From NCBI GenBank assembly GCA_934281515.1, contig CAKQXG010000001.1:1-61900 (forward strand): a stretch of DNA of 61,900 nucleotides, written 5' to 3'. A model generated the notes under the pieces. The model searched no databases. It worked only from the letters and a program-made list of their open reading frames with translations, and was not told the origin of the DNA. A program made the position numbers and the translations under genes. This DNA comes from an uncultured Clostridia bacterium. GTDB taxonomy: Bacteria; Bacillota; Clostridia; Christensenellales; CAG-314. Below are positions 16,295-25,672 of the stretch, one piece after another (position 1 is the first letter of the stretch; every line of letters starts with the position of its first letter).

Positions 16295-16711
16295 TTATTG
16301 ATCCTTTTGTCTCTTGACAAAGCAACTTACTACAGACGCTACAATTGCCACAAGCAACACGACAACCATAGCGATGTTAAGTCCGGCAAGCTCCCACTTG
16401 CCCCACATGACGATATTTCCTTCGATGTGGTCGGCAATGTTACCGTAGCCGCCAAGTATTGTCAGACACATTGCAACCGCAAACAGTATCGGAGGCAACG
16501 TTGCAATAATATCGCCGAAGGTGCCGTCGTAGAAAAACAGTACGATTTCCAACGCGATACCCAGCAGCAATGTTACAACAACCCAGGTATTTTTTTCGCC
16601 GCCCTGTCCGTTGTAAACGGCAAATATAATCAGTCCTACAAGAGCCACGACCGCCGCTGCAAGCGCAAGGTAAAAACCGACGGTTTTTTGTGCAAATTTT
16701 TCTTTAATCAT
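16295..16711 (-). CDS. small 4-TM membrane protein, partner of the GH3 enzyme; distant paralog of 56550-57104
   Basis: ORF track. It has four hydrophobic segments. SD is GGAGG. It shares the ...K..GFY..LA.AV... N-terminal pattern with the second copy. Confidence 0.7.
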   Translation of the reverse strand: MIKEKFAQKTVGFYLALAAAVVALVGLIIFAVYNGQGGEKNTWVVVTLLLGIALEIVLFFYDGTFGDIIATLPPILFAVAMCLTILGGYGNIADHIEGNIVMWGKWELAGLNIAMVVVLLVAIVASVVSCFVKRQKDQ

Positions 16712-16729
16712 TGCGTTGACCTCCTTGTA

Positions 16730-19700
16730 TCAGTGTTTTTTGCTTTTTTGAACAATACCGACAACCATCAACGCGGCAGCCGCCACCGTCAATACGGTAA
16801 AGGTAATCTGAAGCGCGGTAATCGTAGTTTGCCACCAAGGTGTAATTTGCACCACTTTGTCTCCGCTTGCAAAGCCGTTGACAAGGTTACTGCGACTGAT
16901 CTGATACAGCCACACGTGAGCCGATTCCACCATCTTTTGCACAAGGTAACCGTCGTTGGTATCCTGTGCGATCTTCAGTGCAGACGCGCCGTGCCCCGTT
17001 ACGGAGTCCAGACACCATTGCGTTGTGCCTGCGGCAAAACCTTCTGCGGAATGGAACTTGAGCCCAGTGCCTTCCGATTCAATCTTTCTCATCGGTGCGG
17101 CGTCGGTGTCGATACTGCCTTCTTTCCAACCCCATTCGTTACGCAACACCTGCGTGTTGAGCGCATAGCTGTAGCTTGTCCAGGTGAGACCTACGCGTGC
17201 AAACGACTGCATCAGGCCACCTTCTTTTGCCACGCGGATTGCGCCTTCAAACGCGCGCAGGTTGGTCTCGCGGAATGCCTGTTCGGTGGTCATCACGGCA
17301 ACGCCTTCGCGGTAGAATTCCTGGTCATTGTTGCAGAAGTGTTTGCTGCCTGCGTGCGTTCCGCAAGCTTCCATCGCCAACGCTTCGGGAATACTTACAA
17401 GATACGTCATATAGCTGTCTTCCGAGCAGTACTCGAAACTACGTCCGCCAAACGGAGTACGATGCAAGTCTCCGCCGATGTTGTAATTGATCATCAGTTT
17501 CGACCACAGCGCTTCTTCGCCCATGCAGTGTCCGCGCCCAGTGTACATATCAACGTTGAAAGTGCCCGTAAGGATGGGTTTACCGCAGTAACGGATAGTT
17601 GCAAACTTCACAACTGTATCTTTGTCGTTTTCGTCCTTTGGGTAAATTGTGCCGCTTTCCTTGTAAATGCTTATCGTGCCGCCTACGGAGTCGTCGCCGT
17701 CGCCCACCTTAAAGCTAGGAGTCAAAGAACCGACTGCGGGGCAAGTGAAGCTTTCGACAGTTGCCGCGGGCAAGTCTTCGATGTTGATCTGGTAAATAAA
17801 GTCGTACCACAAACCGCTTTCAAACGGAACTTCCCTCATTGTGGCAATAGTCAACCCGGAGTCCTTGCCAAACTTTGCCGCTTCTTCCGCGTAAGTCGTT
17901 GCGTCGGCAGGCTTGGTGTAGGTTTTGTTGCCGAGTTTTGCAATCATATCGTCGGTCGCGGCAACTACGGTTTTATCCGTGGGATAGGTGCCGTCCCAAT
18001 CGTTACGAGAGATATACTTGGCAGAGTTTTTAATCCAGTAGTTAAGGTCGATGTCATCGAACTGGTTGGTGACTACAACGTTGTTTTCACCCTTGCGGTA
18101 GCTGGCCGCGTCGAGAGACCCGATCGTAAGCACTTTTTTTGCGTTGGCAGCTTTGCCGTCGGCATCCATACCGTCTGCCTTGGTGTAGCCTTGTGCCGCA
18201 AGAATGTTGTTAAGCGCGTCGTGGGCGTCATCGCCGATACCGAAGTAGTAGTCGCCTTGACTCAAAATCCAGCCCTTTGCACCGATATAGTCGTAGCTTG
18301 CAAGCAAGTATCTGTCGACTGTAATCGTAACTTCGTCGCTTGCGCCTGCTGCAAGTTCCTTAGTCTTGGCAAAGCCGACAAGTTGAACGGCGGATTTTTC
18401 CACTTTATTGGCGACTTCATAGTCTCCGTACGGCGTTTGTACATAAAGTTGAACCACCGATTTGCCTGCCTTGTTGCCTGTGTTTTTGACGCTGACCTTG
18501 ATTGTATACAAGTCCTTGCCTGCGTCGTAGGTTACGCTACCGAGCTTTTGCTCAAACGTTGTATAGCTTAGTCCGTAGCCGAATGTGTAGTCGACTTCGT
18601 TGGCGTAACTCCACTTGGAGTTGTCGCGCGAGCCTTTGGTGCTGTCTGCGCCGCGACCGCCGATGACGGAGTCTGCGTAACGGGTTTCGTAGTATTTGTA
18701 GCCGATATAGATACCTTCGACCTGTGTGCTGATGTAGTCGGCGCGTTGGTTAACCTTGACATCGGAAGTCTGGTCGTACCCTGTCTTGTTGCGAATGTAC
18801 TCCACGTTGGAGAACATCGGGGTCTCCGTACCGCTGTTTGTGTTGGCAGGTGCGGAAAGAGAATTTTTGGCATAGGTGTCGACAATGTGACCGCTGGGGT
18901 TCACTTTACCGCTCAGAATCTCCGCAACACCCACAAAACCTTGGTGACCGGGCGTACCGATGTACAGAATTGCGTCGCAAAGGGGAGCGATCTCGTAGGT
19001 TTCCATCTGGTTGGGAGCGTTGAGCAGTACGATAACCTTGCCGAAGCCCTGATCCTTGACGAAGTTCAACAGATCCTTTTCGCTTTGGTGCAGCGCAAGA
19101 GAGCTTATAGTCTTGTGACTGACAGAGTCTTCCTCCTGCATCCACATGTCGCCGCCTTCCTTGCCGATACGTGAGAACACCACAATTGCAGTGTCTTTGT
19201 AGTCGGTTGACAACGTTCCTTTCAACTCGTTGTATTTTTCGATAGGAAGTTCGTTGTTGCCGGTTTGCGCAACGGTTTTGACCCCTGCATTCTGTATGCC
19301 TTCCCACAAAGCGGCGTTCACCGTAAATCCTTCGTCTTCCAACGCTTGCTTGAGATCTACGCCCACAAACTTGCCGTTGATGTACTGATTACCTCTGTTG
19401 GGGTCGCTGTTGACCTTTGTGCCTGCCGACGCGCCCTGGTAAAACGGATTAACCGCGCCGTTGCCGAACACAGACACCTTGCCTTTGGAAAGAGGCAACG
19501 CATTGTTGTCGTTTTTAAGCAATGCCGCGCCTTCGCGCATTTCGTTGCGGTTTTGTTCAAGCGTCATCTCGACAAGCTTTTCAAGATTCTTTGCAGTAAA
19601 GGTTTGGTCGCCCACGCTTGTCTTGTAGTACATGGTGTCCTGCGTAGACGAGCCTTCCGCCTTGATAATTTTGGTTGTTTCTATGTTCAATGCACTGTTG

Positions 19701-19807
19701 AGTAGTTGTGCATTGTCGGTAGCAATCTGACCGCCGATAAAAACAACAACCATCAGGATTGCGAATATTGCCGTCAATCCCGACCAGAGTCTTGTTTTTT
19801 GGAACAT
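16730..19807 (-). CDS. glycoside hydrolase family 3, domain-permuted, with N-terminal and C-terminal TM anchors
   Basis: An N-terminal TM segment is followed by GH3 alpha/beta-sandwich region motifs (AIVVFSRIGKEGGD; LNAPNQME; GTPGHQGFVGVAEILSGKVNPSGH). An Fn3-like domain follows (VSVKNTGNKAGKSVVQLYV). The barrel-type region lies near the C-terminus (GDLHRTPFGGRSFEYCSEDSY). The final segment is hydrophobic. Confidence 0.75.
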   Translation of the reverse strand: MFQKTRLWSGLTAIFAILMVVVFIGGQIATDNAQLLNSALNIETTKIIKAEGSSTQDTMYYKTSVGDQTFTAKNLEKLVEMTLEQNRNEMREGAALLKNDNNALPLSKGKVSVFGNGAVNPFYQGASAGTKVNSDPNRGNQYINGKFVGVDLKQALEDEGFTVNAALWEGIQNAGVKTVAQTGNNELPIEKYNELKGTLSTDYKDTAIVVFSRIGKEGGDMWMQEEDSVSHKTISSLALHQSEKDLLNFVKDQGFGKVIVLLNAPNQMETYEIAPLCDAILYIGTPGHQGFVGVAEILSGKVNPSGHIVDTYAKNSLSAPANTNSGTETPMFSNVEYIRNKTGYDQTSDVKVNQRADYISTQVEGIYIGYKYYETRYADSVIGGRGADSTKGSRDNSKWSYANEVDYTFGYGLSYTTFEQKLGSVTYDAGKDLYTIKVSVKNTGNKAGKSVVQLYVQTPYGDYEVANKVEKSAVQLVGFAKTKELAAGASDEVTITVDRYLLASYDYIGAKGWILSQGDYYFGIGDDAHDALNNILAAQGYTKADGMDADGKAANAKKVLTIGSLDAASYRKGENNVVVTNQFDDIDLNYWIKNSAKYISRNDWDGTYPTDKTVVAATDDMIAKLGNKTYTKPADATTYAEEAAKFGKDSGLTIATMREVPFESGLWYDFIYQINIEDLPAATVESFTCPAVGSLTPSFKVGDGDDSVGGTISIYKESGTIYPKDENDKDTVVKFATIRYCGKPILTGTFNVDMYTGRGHCMGEEALWSKLMINYNIGGDLHRTPFGGRSFEYCSEDSYMTYLVSIPEALAMEACGTHAGSKHFCNNDQEFYREGVAVMTTEQAFRETNLRAFEGAIRVAKEGGLMQSFARVGLTWTSYSYALNTQVLRNEWGWKEGSIDTDAAPMRKIESEGTGLKFHSAEGFAAGTTQWCLDSVTGHGASALKIAQDTNDGYLVQKMVESAHVWLYQISRSNLVNGFASGDKVVQITPWWQTTITALQITFTVLTVAAAALMVVGIVQKSKKH

Positions 19808-19916
19808 TGTATCCTCCTTAAAAGTTTTTATTCTGCCGACATTTCATCCCGTCGGCATCAGCAAGAAAACTTTACCACAGAAAAAACTTTTGTGAAGATT
19901 TTTGCACAAATGGTCG

Positions 19917-21242
19917 TCAATTATTCGTGAACGGCTCGGGAATGACGATATTAAGGAAAAACATTCCGTCCTTGACGCCCAGGTTCATTACGCCGTTGTA
20001 CTTGTCCACGATGTAACGCATACTTTTGGTGCCGAAACCGTGGTAACAGAGATCGTTTTTGGTTGTGACGGGCAAACCGTCGACAAATTTCAACTCGTCG
20101 TCGCAATAGTTTTCCATATATATGTACAGCATGCCCGACTTGGCGGTGACATTGAGATTGATTATGCGTTTGGCTTTGTCGGCTTGATGGCGTACGGCTT
20201 CGATAGCATTTTCAAAGGCGTTGCCGAACAGCGAATAGATGTCTGCGGAAGAAATGAAACCCAACTTTTCGCCGTCCACCATGTAGGCGATTTTAATTTG
20301 GTGCTTTTCGCAGGTCAGCGAGTTGCTTGTCAGTACCGTATCGAGCGCGGCATTACCCGTCTTGGCAATGGATTCGTAAATCATCACCGACTGCTTGATG
20401 TCGTCAAAGCTTTGACGGCGTTGTTCCTCGGTCATCTCGCTCCAATTATTGATCTGGTGCTTGATGTCGTGACACTTGATGTTGACAAGCTCGATATTTT
20501 TGCGCAACAATTCGTACTGTTTTTGCGACATTACAATCAGCTGTTGCAAGCGGTCGTTTTGGTTTTGCAATTGCAGTCGCTCGTACATACCGAACAACAT
20601 AAACAACGCCGTAATCGCGTAACAAATAAACACCACGCGCCAGGCATAGAAGTCGGGCGAAAGGTAGTCTTGTTTGTCGTACTGCACCACATACACGACT
20701 ACCACCGACAGGGCGGCAAGCAATATGATTGGTATACGGTCGACGGCAAACGATGACGAACTCTTCCATTTGCGCGCACAATAGATGTAACACGCCACAT
20801 GCACAAGCGCATAGGCAACCGCCTGAACAAGACAAGATGCAATGTTTGTCATGTCCAGCGGCAAGCCGAATGCCACACAAATCAAAGAACCGACATTGTA
20901 TGACAGATTTTGCACCACCGATGCCGATACTACGCAGAACAACACTTCCCACGCGTTGCATTTGAAACACACGGGTACGATAAACACCGACGCGACAAGT
21001 ATCGACAGCATGGTAAGCCGCGGAACGTACACTTCAAAGAAACGGGATACGCTTAACGCAAGTGCAACATACACCACAACGCACACGACAAAGCGCAACG
21101 GAAACATCGAACGGCGCTCCAACCGAAAAATAAACAAAAAGTAGGAAATAAGTACCAGGAACGCATGCAACAATCTGTGAGCAAAGTCGCTTGCGAAAAA
21201 CTCGCTTACGGTACTAAATGCAGAAACCGACATGTTTATCAT
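19917..21242 (-). CDS. sensor histidine kinase of the AgrC/LytS-like (HPK10) type
   Basis: A multi-TM N-terminal half is followed by HDIKHQI (H-box-like) and a GHKL ATPase C-terminus (NAFENAIEA...GFGTKS). Confidence 0.75.
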   Translation of the reverse strand: MINMSVSAFSTVSEFFASDFAHRLLHAFLVLISYFLFIFRLERRSMFPLRFVVCVVVYVALALSVSRFFEVYVPRLTMLSILVASVFIVPVCFKCNAWEVLFCVVSASVVQNLSYNVGSLICVAFGLPLDMTNIASCLVQAVAYALVHVACYIYCARKWKSSSSFAVDRIPIILLAALSVVVVYVVQYDKQDYLSPDFYAWRVVFICYAITALFMLFGMYERLQLQNQNDRLQQLIVMSQKQYELLRKNIELVNIKCHDIKHQINNWSEMTEEQRRQSFDDIKQSVMIYESIAKTGNAALDTVLTSNSLTCEKHQIKIAYMVDGEKLGFISSADIYSLFGNAFENAIEAVRHQADKAKRIINLNVTAKSGMLYIYMENYCDDELKFVDGLPVTTKNDLCYHGFGTKSMRYIVDKYNGVMNLGVKDGMFFLNIVIPEPFTNN

Positions 21243-21257
21243 TTGTTCGTCCGTCCT

Positions 21258-21953
21258 TTACCTGTAATACTCGCTCATGGCAATAAGAAAATCTTTTCGC
21301 TTCCGTCGGGAGATTTCCAACTGTTCGCCACCGACAACTATAAAATTATCCCGTACTTCGGCGACATGTTTAAGGTTGACTATCGCGTAGCGCGTGCAAC
21401 GGAAAAAATGATGGTTCTGAAGTTCTTTTTCGCGGTTTTGCAGAGAGTTCAGCTCGGAGTAGTTGCCCTCGGACGTGTGATAAACAAGGTAGTGACCGCG
21501 CACTTCGACAAAGTACAGGTCGTTTAGCGACAGCCGCTTGATACCGTCATCCACTTTGATACTGATACAATACCCTTTTGATTTGACGCGCTCGCAAACC
21601 TTGTCCATTTGTATTGCAAGCGCAGGGTAATCGACGGGTTTGACCATGTAACCCATGGCGTCTACGGCGTACCCTTTGACGGCATACTGCACCATGTTGG
21701 TGACAAATACAAGGCACACGTCCTTGTCAAGTTCGCGCAGGCGCACCGCGCCGTCGTAACCGTTCATCAGCGGCATTTCGATGTCCATCAGCACAAGATC
21801 GTACTTTGGCGCGTAGTCGCTGACAAAATTCATAGCGTCGGAAAAAGGGAAATAAGCAATCTGTTTGTTGCGTTCCTTTGCATATCGGTCAAGATAACTT
21901 TCGAGCAGTTTGACGACGTTCGGTTCGTCTTCGACAATGGCAACGTTTATCAC
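21258..21953 (-). CDS. LytR/AlgR (LytTR) family response regulator
   Basis: The receiver domain shows INVAIVEDEP...DLVLMDIEMP. The LytTR domain shows YFVEVRGHYLVYHT...RCTRYAIVNLKHV. The start is set at GTG 21953, preceded by GGAGG. Confidence 0.85.
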   Translation of the reverse strand: MINVAIVEDEPNVVKLLESYLDRYAKERNKQIAYFPFSDAMNFVSDYAPKYDLVLMDIEMPLMNGYDGAVRLRELDKDVCLVFVTNMVQYAVKGYAVDAMGYMVKPVDYPALAIQMDKVCERVKSKGYCISIKVDDGIKRLSLNDLYFVEVRGHYLVYHTSEGNYSELNSLQNREKELQNHHFFRCTRYAIVNLKHVAEVRDNFIVVGGEQLEISRRKRKDFLIAMSEYYR

Positions 21954-22150
21954 CGGGCACCTCCGAGTGTGTAAGACTTTTATTAAATGTAGCACAAAAA
22001 TCCTCGCATTTCAAGAGTTTTTCGATATTTGTGCAAACAAAATATTTCGGCAAGCTTTACACAGACACACACATTTACCCACAACAATATGCCACAAAAA
22101 ACTAGTTGAGAATACACGCTCTACGCCACGACAAACGTCCGATTGCATGC

Positions 22151-22180
22151 AAAAAGGCAACCACACAGGGTTGCCTTTTG
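22151..22180 (-). terminator. rho-independent terminator
   Basis: AAAAGGCAACC-acacag-GGTTGCCTTTT. It is flanked by A and T runs, so it is potentially bidirectional. Confidence 0.65.
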
Positions 22181-22260
22181 ATGTAAAAATTTGTATACGT
22201 ACTAAAATTTTGCCGACATTCAGCCGTTTGCAAAACCGATTTTAACGACTTTTCAGGCGA

Positions 22261-23028
22261 TTAACCGTTGACTGCTTCGCCGTCGTTTGCAACTACTGCT
22301 TCGGCTTGAGCAACGTTCTCTTTTACCACGATTTCGCCGTTTTCGTCAAACTCAGGATAGTTGCCGTCGGGATAAGCAAGATTCAGATACAAGTTGGCGT
22401 CCGCCGTACCCATGTAAGGGATGACGTAGATAGCCAGGATGCCGCCCGTAAGACCGACAAGAATAATCCAACCGAGAAAACTCAGTTTAAGACCGATGAT
22501 TTTCCAAAAATGACCCTTGGTCACGTTCCACGATTGTTTAAGACAGTCGATTGCAGACAGACTGACATTGTGATTCATTACATAAAACGCCATGGACAGG
22601 CGAACGTTAATCCAGATATTAACGCATATTGCGGCAAGCGCAATTAAGAAAAGTCCGATAGCAGCAAAATCACCCACATGTCCGCCGCAAATACCGACGT
22701 AAATCAGTAGCAAAATGCCGCCTGCCAACACAATCGCCAAGTTTACAAGAACAAGCAACAGAGTTGCGACAAACGCACGCATAAATTGACGGAAACCGCG
22801 GAAAGTGGAATCTACGCCGCGATAGTTGCCACCCATGGCAATGTCGATGTAAAACGCATTGTAGCAGCACATCACGGCACCGACAACGACAATTGCGCCC
22901 AAGCCGAGACCGGCAATACCCTAGCCGACAAGTATCAGGTTGAGCAAAATTGTAGTCAGTATGGCGTAGCCGTACTTGTTTTTCATATCCGCACGAGATT
23001 TTGCGCGGATTTCTTTGTTACTTAACAT
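22261..23028 (-). pseudogene. DUF975-family membrane protein interrupted by a single in-frame TAG
   Basis: ORFs 22921-23166 and 22261-22902 are in the same frame. Own translation reads ...NKYGYAILTTILLNLILVG*GIAGLGLGAIVVVGAVMCCY... with the TAG at 22921-22923. The likely start is MLSNKEIRAK at 23028, after AGGAGGAAG. Confidence 0.7.
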
Positions 23029-23178
23029 TTTTCTTCCTCCTGAATGAGTTGAATACATTGTACCACTTTGTTCAGACAGTGTCAATAGGGATAAACCATT
23101 TAGTGCTCGCAACGTGTTGCAAATTATCGGTACCCTTCGGTACGTCTGCCACCATGTCGGGTTCAAGCACCGTGTTGC

Positions 23179-24264
23179 TTATCCGAACAGAATAAAGTCG
23201 CCGTCTTTGCCGACTTCTATCGTGCCTATACGCTTGTCCAATCCCACCAATCTGGCAGGGTTGATGGTCCACAACTTGATTGCCTTGTGCAACGGAATGT
23301 TACAGAACGTCACGACGTTTGCCAAGCCCTCGTATGCGTCAAGGATACTGCCTGCGCGGTTGTTTGTACCCGTGACAAAAGCGTCGCCGTGTTGTACCGT
23401 AACTTGTTGTTTGCCCAGCGTGTAGTTGCCGTCGGGCATGCCTGCCGCCATCATACTGTCGGTGATACCGATTACCTTATCTGTGCCCTTGGTGTCGACA
23501 AGCAGGCGCAACACATCGCGGTCAACATGCTTGCCGTCGCAGATAACTTCGCTGTAAGCGTTGGTTGCCAATGCCGAACCCATCATGTTGAGATCGAGTC
23601 TGTCCATCTGCGACATGGCATTGCCCCAGTGTGTGAAGCTACGCGCACCTGCTTCCAACGCCGCGCGCACCTGCTTACCGTTTGCCGCGCTGTGACCGAG
23701 ACTGACTACAATGCCGTTCGCCTCCGCTTCGGCGATAAACTCGCATGCATTGGGCAGTTCGGGCGCAACCGTTACCAACTTGATAAACCCTTTTGCCGCG
23801 CGTTGATATGTCAGGAACTTTTCGTAAGACGGTGTTTGCAAACACTCCACGGGCATTGCGCCGTGCTTTGCCGCCGACAGAAACGGTCCTTCCAGGTTGA
23901 TTCCCTTCACTTCGGGGTACTCTTTAGCAAGCTCGCAAATGCGCTCCGCCTGACGACAAATAACTTCGTCGGTGTCGGTCATGATTGTCGGCAACACCGT
24001 GCCCACGCCGTGAGCAATGTAAAACTCCATTATCTTCTTCATGCCGTCAAGATCGGCGGTGTTGAAGTCATAGCCGATGGCGCCGTGAGTGTGTATGTCC
24101 ACAAGAGCAGGCAAGATGTACTTGTTGGTGCAATCCACCACTTCGGTTTGATCGTCGGCAACGATTTCGGGAGCAATCTCGATGATTTTGCCATGGTTTA
24201 CCACTATGTCCGTCCGCACGAGTTTGTCTCCGATAAGTGCGGAACCGTTTCTGTACAATGTCAT
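23179..24264 (-). CDS. nagA: N-acetylglucosamine-6-phosphate deacetylase
   Basis: DIHTHGAIGYDF, an amidohydrolase fold pattern. The start is set at MTLYRNG after GGAGAAAG. Confidence 0.8.
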   Translation of the reverse strand: MTLYRNGSALIGDKLVRTDIVVNHGKIIEIAPEIVADDQTEVVDCTNKYILPALVDIHTHGAIGYDFNTADLDGMKKIMEFYIAHGVGTVLPTIMTDTDEVICRQAERICELAKEYPEVKGINLEGPFLSAAKHGAMPVECLQTPSYEKFLTYQRAAKGFIKLVTVAPELPNACEFIAEAEANGIVVSLGHSAANGKQVRAALEAGARSFTHWGNAMSQMDRLDLNMMGSALATNAYSEVICDGKHVDRDVLRLLVDTKGTDKVIGITDSMMAAGMPDGNYTLGKQQVTVQHGDAFVTGTNNRAGSILDAYEGLANVVTFCNIPLHKAIKLWTINPARLVGLDKRIGTIEVGKDGDFILFG

Positions 24265-24404
24265 AAAAATCTTTCTCCGTATGTATTTTTTTGTGCAAAT
24301 TGCCTTTATTGACGGTGCATGACGGTGCAAAATCAACGTAGCGCAGCCGACAAAAGTAATGATTTGTTGTGTGTTTTGTCATTACGACAAGGCTTTACAC
24401 GACG

Positions 24405-25595
24405 TCAGTTTTCGTCCGACGTGTACTCGCACGACTGCCTGTCGATGGTAGCAACAACAAATACATTGTCGTGCAATTTGCTTACTTCGTCCTGCAGATA
24501 CTGCGCTAACTCGGCGTCGGACATCTTGCAGTCAAATGTGATTGCCACGTCAAAAATCAGATTGGTACGCTGCGGTCCCTTGACCATGCGGAAGTCATGC
24601 ACTCCGTAGCGCGGATCTAATTCGTGTACGATTTGGCGCACTTCCTCCTTGTACTTGTCAAGAACAGGGTCGCCGATGACAATCGGATCCATATGGATCA
24701 CAAGAGTAATATTGGTATGTTCGGCAAAGTCGCGCTCGATACGGTCAATCATCTCGTGACTTTCCATCACGTCTACAGAGGCGTCCACTTCCACATGCAC
24801 GCTGGCGTAGTACTTGTTGGGTCCGTAGTTGTGTACTTCCAGGTCGTGGATACCCTTGACCCCGTCAAAACTGACAATACGTTTGTAAATCTGTTCTATA
24901 AGTTCCTTGTCGGGAGCCTCGCCGAGCAGGCGACTCATCGTCTCGCGCAGTATGCCTACGCCGGCAATGCCGATAAGTACCGCAACAGCCAAGCCGACAA
25001 TACCGTCAAGATACACAAAACCTGTGTATTTGGTGACAATAACCGATACCAAAACACCGGAAGTGGCACATACGTCGGAAATGCTGTCCGTTGCCGTGGC
25101 GGCAAGCAAATCGCTTTTGTACGTGCGTGAAAGGCGTTTGTTAAATACAAACATCCACAACTTGACCAGTATCGAAAAGCCTAGTACTCCAACAGTCCAC
25201 AAGCTGTATTCCGCCGCCTGCGGAGTGACGATTTTGCCTATACTTTCCGAGACAAGTTCGATGGCAAGCACCACCACAATCACGCCGACAATCAATGCCG
25301 AAACATACTCTATGCGTTGGTGACCGTAAGGGTGGTTCTTGTCAGCCTTTTTACCTGCCAGACGAAAGCTGACAAGGGAAATGACGTTGCTACCACAGTC
25401 GGTAAGGTTGTTGAGTCCGTCGGCAAGGGCAGACACTACTCCGAACAACAGTCCGACGGCAATTTTGCTTACCGACAGCAGTATGTTTAACACAATACCG
25501 ACAATGCCGCTAAGCTTGCCTACCTGTTGCCGTACCGCTTCGTTGTCGGTGTCGGCGTAGTTGCGGACAAAAGTTTTAAGTAAAAGATTAGTCAT
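24405..25595 (-). CDS. cation diffusion facilitator (CDF) family metal transporter
   Basis: LNNLTDCGSNVISLVSFRLAGKKADKNHPYGHQRIEY, six TM segments, and a C-terminal cytoplasmic domain. The start at 25595 is inferred. Confidence 0.75.
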   Translation of the reverse strand: MTNLLLKTFVRNYADTDNEAVRQQVGKLSGIVGIVLNILLSVSKIAVGLLFGVVSALADGLNNLTDCGSNVISLVSFRLAGKKADKNHPYGHQRIEYVSALIVGVIVVVLAIELVSESIGKIVTPQAAEYSLWTVGVLGFSILVKLWMFVFNKRLSRTYKSDLLAATATDSISDVCATSGVLVSVIVTKYTGFVYLDGIVGLAVAVLIGIAGVGILRETMSRLLGEAPDKELIEQIYKRIVSFDGVKGIHDLEVHNYGPNKYYASVHVEVDASVDVMESHEMIDRIERDFAEHTNITLVIHMDPIVIGDPVLDKYKEEVRQIVHELDPRYGVHDFRMVKGPQRTNLIFDVAITFDCKMSDAELAQYLQDEVSKLHDNVFVVATIDRQSCEYTSDEN

Positions 25596-25672
25596 CGCTA
25601 TTTTCCAAAATATTCCGTCATCACTTCGTACAGTACGCTCGGTTTGAACCGAGCGCACCACAAAGCAGTTTT

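Noticed and set aside
21996-22150. 46-codon minus-strand ORF (MQSDVCRGVERVF...) upstream of the LytTR regulator, considered as an AgrD-like pre-peptide.
   Set aside because: Its ATG lies inside the terminator hairpin at 22151-22180. It has no SD, and its Cys-rich composition looks random. There is no AgrB gene to process it.
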